This document shows, in pieces, positions 24,051-37,304 of a stretch of DNA of 64,000 nt. Under the pieces are notes generated by a model, which saw only the letters and a program-made list of their open reading frames with translations, had not been told where the DNA came from and did no database searches. Within the stretch, counting starts at the first letter, position 1. Every line of letters starts with the position of its first letter. The translations under genes and the position numbers were made by a program. The stretch spans positions 964,116 to 1,028,115 of the forward strand of contig CAJINV010000014.1 in NCBI GenBank assembly GCA_905178155.1. The letters run 5' to 3'. The DNA is from Amoebophrya sp. A120 (Eukaryota > Protista > Dinoflagellata).

Positions 24051-25319
24051 CTCGCAGTTCATTTCCTGCACGTGTTCATCGACCCTCTAAAAAGTAGCAC
24101 GCAGAACGAAGAATGGCTACTGTTCTTCCTATACGACGCAGAAGAGGCACAACGGGAGAAGAATTTGACTTTGGTAGAAATCAAATATCTATCAGGCATA
24201 GGATACGTATTCAGTAAATCAACCGAAATCGGCAAGTTCCCTCCTCGTCGTCCCCCGAGAGTTGGTATCAAGCCGGTAGGTGATTGCAGTAGAAGTCCCA
24301 TCCCGCACAACAGTCCCCACGAAGATCTCGATTGAAAACAAACCCCGGCAGGACTCTCCTCTACTCTTCACGAGAGCCGAAAATAACTCACGACTGCCCG
24401 GTGATGAACGACGAAGAAATACAATTCTTGCAGCCTGAAGGTAATGATCAAATCAGACTCTGAAAGTGCGTCGTCACACCGCAGCTGCTGGACCGAAAAC
24501 GCCCTCCGGGTGGACCAAAGTACAAGTTAGTACGCACAGGGAAAAATGATCGAAAACACGAAGACAAGAAGGTCGTACTTTCTTAGTATCGCACCGGCGG
24601 CGATGCAGCGAGTGTTTCTATCTGCTCGTTCAAACAAATTTAAACTTTTTGTACATTTTGTGTCGCTAGGAGAGGTTTTTCTTGCGCACGAAGGAGAAAA
24701 ACACCGCGCGTCGTTCTTGCCGAAATAATGGTTTTTGGAAATAAACCTTTTCTCTTCATACGGCACCTTTCAACGGTCGTAGCATCCATATGTGGACGAT
24801 TTGATTCATTATTTGTTTGCCGCATCCATTTCAAACCATCTGCAAAAAGCAGAAAGAGGGTTGCAATTATTTTCGTCCAAGAAAGCTGCCCGTTGTTCGC
24901 CGCCGCCACGTTGGATGGAGCGTCATTCTCCCTTTCGTCGTGGTCGTGGTCGTCCCGATGCCGTTGGTGCGTCATTATTTTCTTCCTTCGTCATGGGTAG
25001 GTAAGCACGCCGCCTGATGTTTCGCCACCCTGCCGATGAACTACGGCTGTACCTGCCTCTGACACGTTCCAGTGTCGCGCTGGTTTCTCGTCGGCCTTCA
25101 AAAGCCAAGTCGTGGAGCGTTTTGAGTCTGACCACCGCCGATTTGGCTCTGCCCGGCAGTGTATGCACTTTGCAAAAAGTACTATCACTATGCTCAGGTG
25201 CTTACCTATGCTTGAAAACAATAACAAGTCCGCCCATCATCGTCGTGGTAGCTGCATTTGCACATTCATACAACAGACTGCAAGTCGTGATCTCTTTACG
25301 AACACAGCGCGAGCGGGTT

Positions 25320-28300
25320 TCAAGGCACAAAGTTTTGAAATGTAGTACTTATTATATTTTGCAACCTGCATACACTGTTGCTTTGGTTGGTCACCACCCA
25401 GCTGCCGTCCGGCTGTTGCTGCTCCTCCGTCACGCTTTCCTCCCGCCTTCCATCGGCGTGCTGCACCGATTTTGTCGTCGTACGCACAGTGACGCCATTC
25501 ACGGTTCGCATGGACTGAGACTGCGACTGGGAGGTTCCGGAAAATCCGCAGGGTATGGTGCGAGAAAAAGGCCTGCAGTTTCGATGAGACACAACTTGCT
25601 CGCCGTGCTTTGCGATTGGGACCCTGGACAGGCCTGCAATCAGACAAAGCATGACTACTTTCTCGTCGCACTGATGAACGACCCAGGACAACAAGTATGA
25701 TCACTCCGCCAAGAATTGAAATGAAATCAATGCAAACTAGAACGCACTACACCATCTTTGTTTCTACCATGACATCAAGCTCTAGAGATTAGACACGATG
25801 CGTCGCAAGAAGTGACCATGTCTACAAACGTTTTTCTCGCGCGATACCGCCACCACCAAAGCTGCTGGAAAAGGACATCGAGTGGTATGCAACTCGATAA
25901 GAGAGAACTTCTTTGGACTACTGTTTGATCCGTGATGAACCGCATGAAAATCGTGACTTCTTATGACCTCGCGCACCTGCACCCTCATCATGCCATCAAA
26001 AATGGTCGAGCGGACCGTTTTGAACGTAGAAGTTGATGCAGCGCTGTACAAGAGCAGTGATGTAATGGCAAGATGAAAACGCTATGTGTGATCATGCAAG
26101 AGCTGAAGTAAAATCCAGTCAAAGCTGTTCGTTTCTTTCCATATTGATGACCCGCCGCCCATCATGCCACCGCCCATCATGCCACCGCCCATCATGCCAC
26201 CTGGAAAATAGAATTGAAAACGTGAATTTCAGTCCCAGAAAATCAATCGGGTGCTCGCTTCTTTAGGCGAGCGAGTAACTGTTTAAACGTACTATCTATG
26301 TTCCTGCTTGCAAATGGCTGGTGAATAGTGTTTCAACTTATCACCATCGGAGCTCGATGAAACAAAACCCTTCTTAGCTGTGAACCGACGAGCTCGGGGA
26401 GTTGCCTGAGAGAAGGAAAGCCGAAGCCTTCAATCAGCCCTGGCTTCAGAAAGGCGCAATACTACCTCCTCATCCGTACTGCACCAATCAACCTCCGCAC
26501 AACCGCAAGGTCCAAAACAAGCCGCCTCTGCTTGCCCTTCCTTGCGTCAGAACAGGCGCCATAGAAATGGCAGGTCCTAAGCAAGACTCCTCTTCTTGCC
26601 CTTCCTGCCTACTTATCTGAGCCTGGGCTCTAGTGACGGCACGCAAACGCCACCGGGAAACACAGGAAAACACGGAGTTATGAGTTGCCTCCCCAAAACC
26701 CTTAACACTACCCTGAAACCCTTGCCCCCCGACCGAGATTAAAAGAAAAAAGCCCAAAAAATCAATTCCACTTTCTCATGCTGACTTCATGTTAATAGTA
26801 CACTTCGGATTCATCGGAAGGATTCTCTTACAACATATCGCGATGTTCTTGTCAAAGCTTCTATACCGAACGGGTCCCCACCACCGAAAAACGGGTCCGC
26901 GAACGGATCTTGTCTGCGGCTCTGTCGCTGGCTCTGCCGCTGGGACTGTCGACGCTCGTTGCCCCCCATCGGAGGGCCGCCAAAGCCGCGAAATTGCGCG
27001 TGGTCGGCGAAAAAATCGGCGAAGGGATCTTCGTCCCCGAAAAATTCCCGGAACACGGACTATCATGTGCAAAAACGAACCTACAACAATAAAGTCAAGC
27101 TTAGGAGTTCCGCAAGACGAATCGCGGAGTTTTGAACGTTGCGCATGAAAACTTTAGGCCTGCACATCTCGTCATCTCGATGGAACAAGCATGACAAAAA
27201 ATCCCAACACAACGAATAGAAAATGTAGTATTTTTCGGCTTCTCTCCTTGCTCCTGCGCATGAGAGAAAGAAAGACACATCCTGATTTGCATGACAAATG
27301 TAGGGCGGATACGTTTTTACACACGATACGGAAAATGCGTCGCCCATCCCAAACTCATGCCCCGTGGCGGCGTATGCATTGCAACAATATCTGGGTCTGC
27401 AAAAGTGCTGCACCTTGTGATGCTGCCTCTGGATTCTAAAGAAAACTGTATTTTTGCATAAGCAACGAAGAGGAGTCCAGTTCTTGCTACGTGGAGAGGG
27501 CATCTCTCCTGTAGGATAGGCAGCAAGAGGCCCTCAAAAAATCTGTGATGCTAGTAGAGCATACATCACAGACATGGTGGCGATGGGTCATGCAAAACGT
27601 GCATGGCTATGGATCTATACCTTGCACTCATCCAGACCCTCCAAACATATTTCCAATGCATACAGCGCCCGACCGCCGGGGCCCGCCGAAGAACATCGAG
27701 GCAAAGGGGTCCTGGCCACCGAACATGTCTTGTCCGGGTCCGAACCCGCCCCCGAAACCGGTTCCGCCCATACCGCCGCCGTTACTCGGCATACCATCTG
27801 TCTTGCCAAACCGGTCGTAGTGGGCTCGTATCCAGCGCAAAAGTGTATCATCGTCGTATTTTAGTTGTATGATGTTCTTACTTGAACCAAAGCGAATTTT
27901 TACAAAGCATGGAGTGTTTTGTTTTGAAAAAAATCATACTCATCATCATGCAAAAAAGACGGATAGCACTTTTGCGATGCATAGCTCGTTTTTCCTGGTT
28001 CGAGAGGCATTCGTACGCCTCGGAAACCTTCTTGAATGCCTCTTCTGCGGCTTTGTCGCCTGTGAGTGGGGATATATTTTTCCATTAATGAAACGGTGGA
28101 CGACGACGACGACTATCGCTATTGCGTCGCCCTTCCGCATCATGACAAAAAGAACTAAGTGTAGAACCTTCTGCACGACAACAAAAAGTCACAACTAATG
28201 TCCTTAAATACCTGGATTCTTGTCGGGATGGTACTTGAGGGCGAGCTTGGTGTATGCAACGAAAAAGGTACTACCTCGTCAAGGTTGTGCCTTCGTTAGG

Positions 28301-28581
28301 CTTGTTCTCCCATTCAGAAGTTTTTACGATTTCAGTTCATGCAAAGAGCAGGTGAACTTCGACTTCCCGAAGGCACTAAAAACGAAAAATTTGATCGGGC
28401 TAGCATAACTACGATACACGCAAAGGATCTATCGTTTTTGAGCCATGCCAGAAAGCGACCCTGAGAGGGTGATGAGCTGCTCTAATTCGCCCCATACCCG
28501 GTAGGCTTTCTTGATTTCGGCCACATCGCAATTCCTCGGCACGCCGAGAATTTCGTAGTAGTCGTCGCTCTCTACCGACAT
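25320..28581 (-). CDS. DnaJ/Hsp40 (DNAJB6/8-like), multi-exon
   Basis: MSVESDDYYEILGVPRNCDVAEIKKAYR, then KLALKYHPDKNPG (HPD motif, ~28210-28250) and AAEEAFKKVSEAYECLS. G/F-rich exons follow, then a C-terminal S/T-rich exon (SMRTVNGVTVRTTTKSVQHADGRREESVTE). The 3' end is uncertain. Confidence 0.88.
27373..27662. mobile_element. introner family A (diverged)
   Basis: TATGCATTGCAACAATATCTGGGTCTG...CAAACATATTTCCAATGCATA, TSD CGGCG/CAGCG. Rejoined junction RSGA|ATGHEFG. Confidence 0.85.
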
Positions 28582-29766
28582 ACTTGGCTTCGGCGCTGAT
28601 GACGCGCTGTTGTACTGAGTATCTTTTTGTCTAATAGTGACCTGGCGCCGCAGCTTGATGGTGATGGTAAAGGTGCAATACAGGATTGCCAAGTTGCAAT
28701 GAAGCTGAAGTTATTTTGTATGCTACGAGAGAACTAGACCAAAAACCATCTTCGTGATGATTTACTTAATTTCCGCGGTATCAACTGAATCTTTCTAGAT
28801 GTTGACATTGGCATTGATAATAAAGTGTTCACTACTAAAAACGAAATACTACTCAGCCTGTGACGAATTCAAATTTGTTTATGTTTTGATATTATAAAGA
28901 AAAAAACTAACTGCACGATAGATCGAGGCGACCTAAAACTCAAGAAAGCAGGAGGTCCTGTTTGTAGTTAACCGTTGCAAAGCAAGCTAGACGGAAGTTT
29001 TTGCTTCTCAAGAAAGTTTTTACATATTTGAGCAGCCGTCGACCCACTTCTCCGCGTAGCTCGTGCTCTTTTCCAGTGGTTCCAACCTGCTTCGGAACGC
29101 AGCCAGGTGGATGAAAGGAATACGCTTTCCATTTGCGGTGATAAATAAAAAATTTGGGAACCTATTAACAAAAAGTGATCATTTCAACTGCTTCGCAAGA
29201 ATTCTATCCATTGCTTCTGATTTCTCTCGACGACTCATCACTCTCCACCACCAAACTGTACATCTTCGACTTCGTCTAGAACACGAGATACAACCGCAAA
29301 AAAAAAATGTTCAGCAACAATAAACCTCGCACTTTTTTTTCTCTTCACCGTAGCAGAGGTAGGGGAGGAACTACTTTCTTACGCACTCCATTTCTTGACT
29401 CCGGACAAATGGGCAAAAGATCCTTTGCCGTCTTCGCACAATCATCGCACTGCGCCGACAAGATATCTTCACGCCCGTCTTGAAATAACTTGCGTACTAT
29501 CACTATGGTATGCGATGTTGTACACCTACGGAATAGGCGCTGATGAAAAGGACAAGACTAGCCCTAGATCATGTCGTTGCACTTCTTACCAGAATCCCTC
29601 GACTAGTACCTTCCCGGTTTGTTTTCGAAAAAATCCGCCGAAACGAGTCGCTTTTGCAGCGGAGACGACGTCCCGGTCGGTCGTCGAGCAGGAGGTCCCG
29701 GGCAGTCTACTACTTTTTTTCAACACGCACAACATATAAGTACTTTTTCCGTCTCGTAGTGAGCAG

Positions 29767-32460
29767 CTACCCCTGCTTTCCGTTGCACGAGTCCACCCGC
29801 GTGCCCACGTCGGGCACGCGCACGAATTCGATCGTGTTGTCCGTTTTCACCAAGCCAAAAATCACGCCCACCTTCCCGTTCTGGCACTCGTCGTTGCAGT
29901 AGCCCCCGCTCCCGCCGGCCCCATAATGCTTGATCGGGCCGCCGTCCGCGAAACTGGTGATGGACCGGGGGTCCTCCGTGTCGTGGTAGTGTCCATGGAG
30001 ATAGACGATGTTCAAGCTTTCGTTCTGGTCCTGCAGACTTCTCAACGGGTCCGCGTACACCTCTTTTGCGATGCCCTCGTCGGGGTTGTTATACGTCCAG
30101 TGGTTCAAAACCAACAGCGTTTGCAAATTCGGGTTCCGCGCTGCGTCCACGTCTTCGTTGCGAATCAGATCGATTCCCTCGTCCAGTAACTTCCCCAGAT
30201 GCCGTTCCCGGTCGTAAAACTTCCCGCTCTCGAACGGGTACCGCTCCCGCCACCGGTGCGAGCCGTCGGTAGCCAGGATGCGGATGCCGAGCTCCTCTTC
30301 CCAGGCCGTCACGCGGTAGTTGGGCCTCGGCAGCGCCCAGCAGTCGGGCACGGGCGCGCCGTTGCTGGTGCCACTTTTCGTGCAGGATTTCTCCGATAGA
30401 ACGTACTTTTATGGAGCGCAAAAATGGTGCCTCGGGGACGATCGGGGAAAAAAGCAGGGTGATGAAATGCTTGATTTGGTCTCTCGTTCTTGTTGCAGCA
30501 ACATGCATATTGGACAAATTTTCCTTCATAGTACATATGCCTTGTAGATAGCGAACACCAACTCTCGACCGGTGGAAATTGCAAAACTATATAAAAAAAT
30601 CTCCAATTATGCACCACCGCCGACTCGCTGGTAACTAGCAAACCAATATGTAGCAAGTTGATTTTACTTACAAAAGCAATATCAACATGGCGGCCATCCT
30701 GCTCGCGCAGAAGCCGGTTGGTCGTTTCGCAGTTACATCTCACAGCAAGGAAGTCGCCTTGCACGACTACTTCTTTTCCCTACGACCCAGAAGACCACAT
30801 CTTATGTGCTCCGCATACCTCCTCACTGCCGTTCACCTGGCCGCAGTTGTCCGAGCTGGCGTAGGGGTAGCAGGTGGCGTAATTCCAGTGCCCGTAGTCG
30901 TGGTTCCCCAAGACGGCGTACCAGGGGACGCAGGTCAGTTCCGCCGGGTAGCGGTCCTTCCAAACCGACTGCAGGGTGCGGCCGCTGGACTGCCGGACCC
31001 CGTCGTACACGTTGTCACCGGTGGACACGACAAATTTCAAGTACGGAAGTATTACAGTGAAAAATGCCCCACCCCTGAACTTAGCAGCATTTGTATTGCA
31101 AGCCTTTCCAGTAGAAACATTGCGCGTCTTGCATATATCAGCATCACAAATTTGCCATGCTGCATGGCTTAAATTTGTGTTGCGCAAGAGCCCAGCAGCA
31201 GCCGGGCCTGTCATGTAAAAGGTGCCTTACTCGCCTAGATTCTGCATCAGAAAGACTCGGAGTCCTTTCATGCAAGACAAAAAGTTTTCACTTGGAAAGT
31301 TTTGCATCAGAAACTTTTGCAAATTTTGGGGTGGTGGCATTTTTCATTGCAATAGGAAGCAGGTCGTTCTCCTGGAGGTACTGCAGCGCCAGCCTCCCGA
31401 TGTCCATCTGGCACTGCGCCGAGCCGGGGTGCCTGTGGTCAACGGAAAATCCCCAGTCGGCCAGGTGCAGAAACACGCCTTTGATGTTGTTCTGGTTCGG
31501 GACCCGCTTGTTTTTTTTCGTCTGGTCGCAGCCGGGCGGTCTGTAGCTCAACTCCTCGTCCTGCAGGGGGAGAATCGTACTCTGTTGCTGAACACCAACT
31601 CGTCCCCCTTGCTGCGCGTCCGGAGAGGCTCTGCCATCGATGTAGTTGGCTCCTGAGGTCATCATGCCCGTTACAGAAGTTCCACCACTCCCAAAGCTGC
31701 TGCTGCTGCTGCTACCACGGTTCGCAGGAGGCGAGGCATTATTGCCACGCCCACTCATACTAAATTCCGCCGCGCCACGACCGGAGTTACTAGTACTTGA
31801 ACCCCCGCCGACGGCGCTAGCAGACAACTGTCCGGACGTTGTAGTACTTCTACCATCTCCGCCGTAGTAAACCGCATTGTTTCCGCTGCAAGTCTCCTTC
31901 TTCTCGCGCTTCTGCTTAGCGGTCTGCTGCAGGAACGAACGGCGACGGTCGTGGCGTTTCCTATTCTCTTTAGCGGTTGTTGATGTACTCGTTGCTTTTA
32001 TCATCCTTGCTTCTGTAGTTCTGCGCAAGTAGGCCTGCTCCTTCGTCCGAGTGGCAGCATCATCAAGCAGCGCAGTGCTGCTCTCTACTTCGGGTGGTGG
32101 AGCAATGACAGGTGGCTGAGCCGCGATGATCTTCGCACTTCCATTTTCTTCTCGTTGTTCCTCTTGTGTATAGCTTGAGTTCATCCCTCCTGATGTTCCA
32201 GTATTGGCATGTAATTCTGCTCCTCTTCTCAAGTAAGAGGATCCTGCGGCCGCATTGTAGAGGGGAAAGCAACTAGCGAAAAACAAGTAACTACAGCGCG
32301 CGAATCTGACTTTTGAAGATACGAATAGCAAATGTTTATTCTTAAAATGATGACACTGTAGTACTACATTGCTCACGCCACCTGGCTGACTTTTCCTGCG
32401 CGCAGGGAAAGCGCGCGCTGAGCGATGCGATGGCGGGCTTTTTGATCTAACGTTTTCCAT
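29767..32460 (-). CDS. calcineurin-like metallophosphoesterase, purple/tartrate-resistant acid phosphatase (ACP5)-like
   Basis: All five metal-binding motifs occur in order across the exons: LADWG, TGDNVY, LGNHD, VLNH, HGHYH. An introner lies between motifs 1 and 2 (NDLL|PYLKFVV). The start is uncertain. Confidence 0.85.
31050..31354. mobile_element. introner family C
   Basis: TATTACAGTGAAAAATGCCCCACCCC...GGGGTGGTGGCATTTTTCATTGCAATA, TSD GGAAG/GGAAG. It is an inverted relative of 10934-11239. Confidence 0.92.
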
Positions 32461-33376
32461 GATTGCTAAAGCTAGGTGGGTCGACGTCTGGCTAGATGTA
32501 AATTAATACTCAAATGCGCGGTCACGCAACAGAGTTTCTATTCCAATCAACAAACTACGATGCAATCTAGGTGGACTCGCGTGTAAAGCAATCCGATTGT
32601 AGTCGCTTTCTACCTGGTTGTGCGTTGGGAGAATGATTTTTATCGATTTAAACGAAGCAGAACCAACGAATTCCAACTTTGACTCCAGAGCAAGAACGTA
32701 GGAGTACAGAGCGCAGCGACGACAGGACTTCGGATCACCAGTGCACGAAGCGTTGCACGAAAGATTGCACCAGATGTACGTCAGGCTCGGAAGACGAGTT
32801 GCTGCAACCATCATACGACGCATGGATACAACAAGCTTGCAGTATACTGCGACAGTGTTAAGATTCGGGTTTAGGTTAAGTACGACAAGTACGCTTTTGC
32901 CACGAGGAAGACGAAGAAGACAAGAACGCGCGCATTCATCGCATAATTTGAACGAATTGGAAGCACAACAAAACTCCGCCGGAACAATCTGCGGACAAAG
33001 GGCGCTGCAAGAAATCCCAAATCTTCTCCAGTTCTTGTCTCTGCTTTTTTCGCTTTCTATCGGCTAGTCTTTTCGACGAGCAAAGGAATAAAGTTAATTT
33101 TGATTTTGACCGAGTAGATGAAACCGGTCCTCTTTTCGTCGCTTGTATATATATGAAACTTATGCGGTCTTCACCGGTTCACCAATTCTGCAGTATGGCT
33201 ACACATAATTCCTTTCTTGTGTAGACGGCAAACAGTTTTTTTCTTTTACATCAGTGCTCGTCACTACTATTCGGATCATACAAGCAGCAAAAAAGGGTCG
33301 CTGCACCATCTTCGAATACGTAGTGCCGCAAACATCTGAATTATGTACAACAGTTTTTTACAACAAGAACATTCAT

Positions 33377-35911
33377 TCACTGCTGTTCCTGTATTCCTTC
33401 CAGCTCCAACTCTTGCAACCACTGCACAATCTGAGCCTGCTTTGCCGAAACAGTTGTCGGCTCACTTTTCTTCTTGATCGAAGCCGGAGTTTTTGTTTTC
33501 TGGCCTACTTCGATTTCCGATTCGTCCGCCTTTTTTGAAATCGCCCCCTCCTCATCCAATCCGCGTTCTTTTCTATTGCCTTCGGGAAGATGATCAACAA
33601 CTTCTTCGCTTTCGCTTTTCTCGTCCCCCGCTGCCATTTTCAGGAACAGTTGCAGCATAAGCAGCGCCCCGTCCTTTTCGCAGCCCAGGATACGGTCGCT
33701 GACCGCCATGGCAACGTGGTGCTTTTCGACGGTGAAAGCTGAAGTCTTTTCCGCTTCCCCCTCCCCATCCGCCGGCCACTGCAGCAACTTTTCCACCAAA
33801 TCGCGCAGACCCCCGTGAACGGCGAAATCCAAACAGTTCTTCCCGGTCGCGTCGCGGATGTCGCGGAGGGGGAGCTGACGTGCTGTCGGTTGTACATCAC
33901 GGACATAGTTTTTGCACAAGTGAGACCACAGCAGCAGGCTGGCCACGACGTAAAACTGCTCGCCCGGTTCCCAGAATAACAGATTGCTGTTCGCGGCCAG
34001 CATGGGACAGTTGGCGGCCTCGGAGCCGTCAGGTGGTGCGAGTTGTGGATCAGTAGTAACCTTTTCAGAAGTGCTGGTCGTGCAGCCGTCCATCAGACCC
34101 GCAGCTGCATTCGTCACCACTTCTGGCCTTGTCGCGTTCCCGCTTCCGTGCTCTTCTACCTGCTCCAAACTTTCTTGCACCAGCACCCGCGTCCGCGCCG
34201 AAGTCGCAGCCACTTTGTCCGTACCTAGAACGAAGCTCGTGTCCGAACCCAGCTCGATATTGAGAAAGGAAAATGTCGCATCCCGTACGCTCGTGCGGAC
34301 GGCTTGTGGCCAGGTCTGGAGGGTTCTTGGAGGCGAGGACGCGGCCGAAAAGTAGATATCTGTTGTTTCTGCCTCCAAATCCGCAAACACGACCGGTTCC
34401 ACGGGCCGGAGCCGTGCCTTGAAGATGATTTGCTGCGGCGTGAACCTCTGCAAATCTGCGTCGTCGGTTACAGTGCTGCAGAACCGCATGTTTTTGTGAT
34501 GATAATCTTCCACGGCTGTTGTACTAGCAACCCGATCATCTCCTCCGGAGGCACTGTTCATTCCCATAATTTTCATTTCCCTTTCTAGCACGCTCTCCAC
34601 GACTCGGAGAGCTTCGCTCCAGTCCACCCGACTCTTGCGGACCAAGCTTGGCCCCTGCTGGAGGTAGGCCTGTCGCTCCGCGGCGCTCAACCGCTCAAAC
34701 CGGCTGCCGCCTAAACCCGTTTGTGCGTGGAGAAGCGCCTCCAGCGCGGCAGCGTCGGAAATTTCCAAGGCATCCTCTTCCGCATCCAGTTCCGAGGCGG
34801 ACCGCCACTGGAGGGGCGTTACGGCCGCAGCCAGCAAGCGAGATGACGCATGTTGGTCCTCGTCTCCCGCCTGCAACACCGCGTCCGAGAGTTTGTCGAT
34901 CTGTTCGGTATTCGGGTCGATCTTTTCCTGCAGCGGTAAGTCCTCAAAGAGCGCAATCCACTTTCGAACTTTCTTCTCCACAAGCTTCTGAAGTTCCAGC
35001 GCCACCTCGCAGTTGCGTGAGAACTGCCTTCTGGCGGCCAAAATCTTTTGTCGTAACCGTTCTCTGCGGCTGTCCAAATAGCTTTCCGGATCCACACTCG
35101 CCTGCACCTCAAGCCCGGTCTCGCAATCGACGAGCTGCACGAACCGGGGGGTCGGGAAAAAGCTTTTGTTGGAACTGCAACTCTTCAACAACTCTTGCAG
35201 CTGGTGGTGCGGCGGCGGCGGCGTGACGCGCTTATTTCCATTTTTTCCTCCGTGGTCGTCTGCGTGCGACCTTTCCTGCTCATGATCTCCGGCAGAATCT
35301 ATATCTACCTCGCTCAGACTCGCCGCTGTGCTCGCGGGACTAGCGTCTTTGTCGGGTAGTTTGCTTGCAAAAATCCTCGCATGTTCATTTTGCAAAAAAC
35401 CTCCGACTGCCTGATCGGGACAAGAACCCGCAGAGAGGTCCTCGCTGCCGTCGTTCTTGATGTCCTGATCCAATCGCGCGTCACCCGGTAACAACGAAAC
35501 TCCATCCGGCAATCCGACAATGTGGCCTAGCGGGTCGAAGCTGTTCACGGCGCCGGGGAAGATCCGCGGGCGGCAGCCCGCCGCAATCCGCTCGTCGGTC
35601 CAGAGATGCGCGGTCGGATGGTCCTCTTTCTCGAACGACGACAAGGTTCCCTCCTCCTGGCTCCGGCGCGGAACATTTTCCGGCGTCCACCAGTGGCTTG
35701 CCAAGATGGTGAGCGCGGCACGAACCGCGTCGGGACTGCCCTGCGGTTCGAACACCAGACTTTGCACGCGGCGGAGTTGCCGCTCGTGATCCACAGGAAA
35801 CTGGAACGTGTCGCTCGGGGGGGAATGGGGGTTGATGTTCTCCGGCCCGGGACTTGCCGCGGACCAGAGCGGCGGGTAGCGCTCCTGCAACAAAACAAAC
35901 TGCGGCCTCAT
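33377..35911 (-). CDS. hypothetical protein with a C-terminal ankyrin-like repeat
   Basis: 844-aa ORF. RDATGKNCLDFAVHGGLRDLVEKLLQ matches the ankyrin consensus. Further upstream exons (~36050-36180) are possible. Confidence 0.7.
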   Translation of the reverse strand: MRPQFVLLQERYPPLWSAASPGPENINPHSPPSDTFQFPVDHERQLRRVQSLVFEPQGSPDAVRAALTILASHWWTPENVPRRSQEEGTLSSFEKEDHPTAHLWTDERIAAGCRPRIFPGAVNSFDPLGHIVGLPDGVSLLPGDARLDQDIKNDGSEDLSAGSCPDQAVGGFLQNEHARIFASKLPDKDASPASTAASLSEVDIDSAGDHEQERSHADDHGGKNGNKRVTPPPPHHQLQELLKSCSSNKSFFPTPRFVQLVDCETGLEVQASVDPESYLDSRRERLRQKILAARRQFSRNCEVALELQKLVEKKVRKWIALFEDLPLQEKIDPNTEQIDKLSDAVLQAGDEDQHASSRLLAAAVTPLQWRSASELDAEEDALEISDAAALEALLHAQTGLGGSRFERLSAAERQAYLQQGPSLVRKSRVDWSEALRVVESVLEREMKIMGMNSASGGDDRVASTTAVEDYHHKNMRFCSTVTDDADLQRFTPQQIIFKARLRPVEPVVFADLEAETTDIYFSAASSPPRTLQTWPQAVRTSVRDATFSFLNIELGSDTSFVLGTDKVAATSARTRVLVQESLEQVEEHGSGNATRPEVVTNAAAGLMDGCTTSTSEKVTTDPQLAPPDGSEAANCPMLAANSNLLFWEPGEQFYVVASLLLWSHLCKNYVRDVQPTARQLPLRDIRDATGKNCLDFAVHGGLRDLVEKLLQWPADGEGEAEKTSAFTVEKHHVAMAVSDRILGCEKDGALLMLQLFLKMAAGDEKSESEEVVDHLPEGNRKERGLDEEGAISKKADESEIEVGQKTKTPASIKKKSEPTTVSAKQAQIVQWLQELELEGIQEQQ

Positions 35912-36539
35912 GAGAAACGTTAGGGGAAGTAATTAGTATTAGTTAAAAATGAGTGGGGGTAATTGGTGGTCTAAGTAATTTGTAGCATTGAGTATACATA
36001 GAATTTGAGTGGTACCAGTGGCTAGGAGATGGTGCTTCTGAATCTTTACATGCGGGTATCGGACTGGGGATTCGGATTCTCGCGACATAGCATTGATGGG
36101 ATCTGTCGGTGATAGGTGGAGAAAAAAGATTCGGTAAGATCGAAGCGGTACTCTGGGTTATTCCTCAGCGACGGCCGCTAAGTAATTGCAATGCTGCTAT
36201 AATTCCGGGCGACAAAAAAAGACCGAGTCACTACTGCGATTCAATGCTTCCAGACACGCGCTAGTATTTGGACTAGTTCTCAGAGTACGTTCTGCGGAGA
36301 GACACGCTGCGCGCCCGCATAAACCACATTACCCCTGCCGCAATACGCGCCGCGCTGGACTAAGGCCTTGGGCTGCGGGACTGCTCCCCCGCACCGCAGC
36401 CCATAGCGCCCGCGCGCGGGCTGTATTTGATGTCCGCGCGAAACTCGAAGACCCGGACAGGGCAGGGAGCCGGCCGAACCGGGGAGGGCACAGGCCGGAC
36501 CGGACCAGGCGCAGGCCGGACCTGACCGGGCCAGGCACA

Positions 36540-36900
36540 GGCGAAGGCCAACATCACATCTTCTCATGCAATGGCTGGCCAAAGTCACGCTCTCTCACGC
36601 CAAGGCCGGCCAAAATTGCATTTTCTTATGTGGAGGCTGGTCAAAATCGCACTTTTGGACAGAGTGACCGGGCAAGGTGGCATTTTTTCACGTCTGGGCC
36701 TCCCAAAGTCACATTTTCTTGCGTGCTGGGCCGCCAAAATCGCATTTTCTCGGAAAATGGCCCGCCAAAATTGTATTTTCTCGCGTGGTTGCCCGCAAAA
36801 GTCGCATTTTCTCGGATGTTGGCATCTCCAAATTGTATTTTCAGACGTGATAGCCCGTCAAAGTTGCGCTTTCTGACACAGTAGCTGGCCAAAGTCGCAG
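36540..36900 (+). repeat. degenerate 31-bp minisatellite (GGCCAAAATCGCATTTTCTC...), ~12 units
   Basis: GGCCAAA-like cores at 36546, 36577, 36608, 36639 and onward, with a 31-nt period. Confidence 0.85.
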
Positions 36901-37204
36901 GGTGAAGCGGGTAACTGAAGCGGATAACTGGGACGGTTTTTATTTTTTTTGAAAATATTCGGGGAAAAAAATAAAAACTGGCCGTCCGGCGCACGAGAGT
37001 GCGCAAAATTGCAGCTCAAGCTCCGCTGTGGGGCTTGAGCTGCAATTTTGCGCTCTTGGCGGCTTGCTTCCTCCAAAGCACAAATTTGCGCTGCGCAGCG
37101 CAGATGTGTGCCACGCGCGCCACAAATCCGGCCGGCACGGAGCAAGTGCGACTAGAAATGCACTGGTAAGGCAAATTCTGCCTTCTCAGTGAGATTCCCG
37201 CTGG

Positions 37205-37304
37205 NNNNNNNNNNNNNNNNNNNNNNNNNNNNNNNNNNNNNNNNNNNNNNNNNNNNNNNNNNNNNNNNNNNNNNNNNNNNNNNNNNNNNNNNNNNNNNNN
37301 NNNN
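37205..37304. other. assembly gap (100 N)
   Basis: Run of N. Confidence 1.

Noticed and set aside
26155-26200. 15-bp x3 tandem repeat
   Set aside because: It encodes GGMMG repeats in a probable DnaJ exon on the minus strand.
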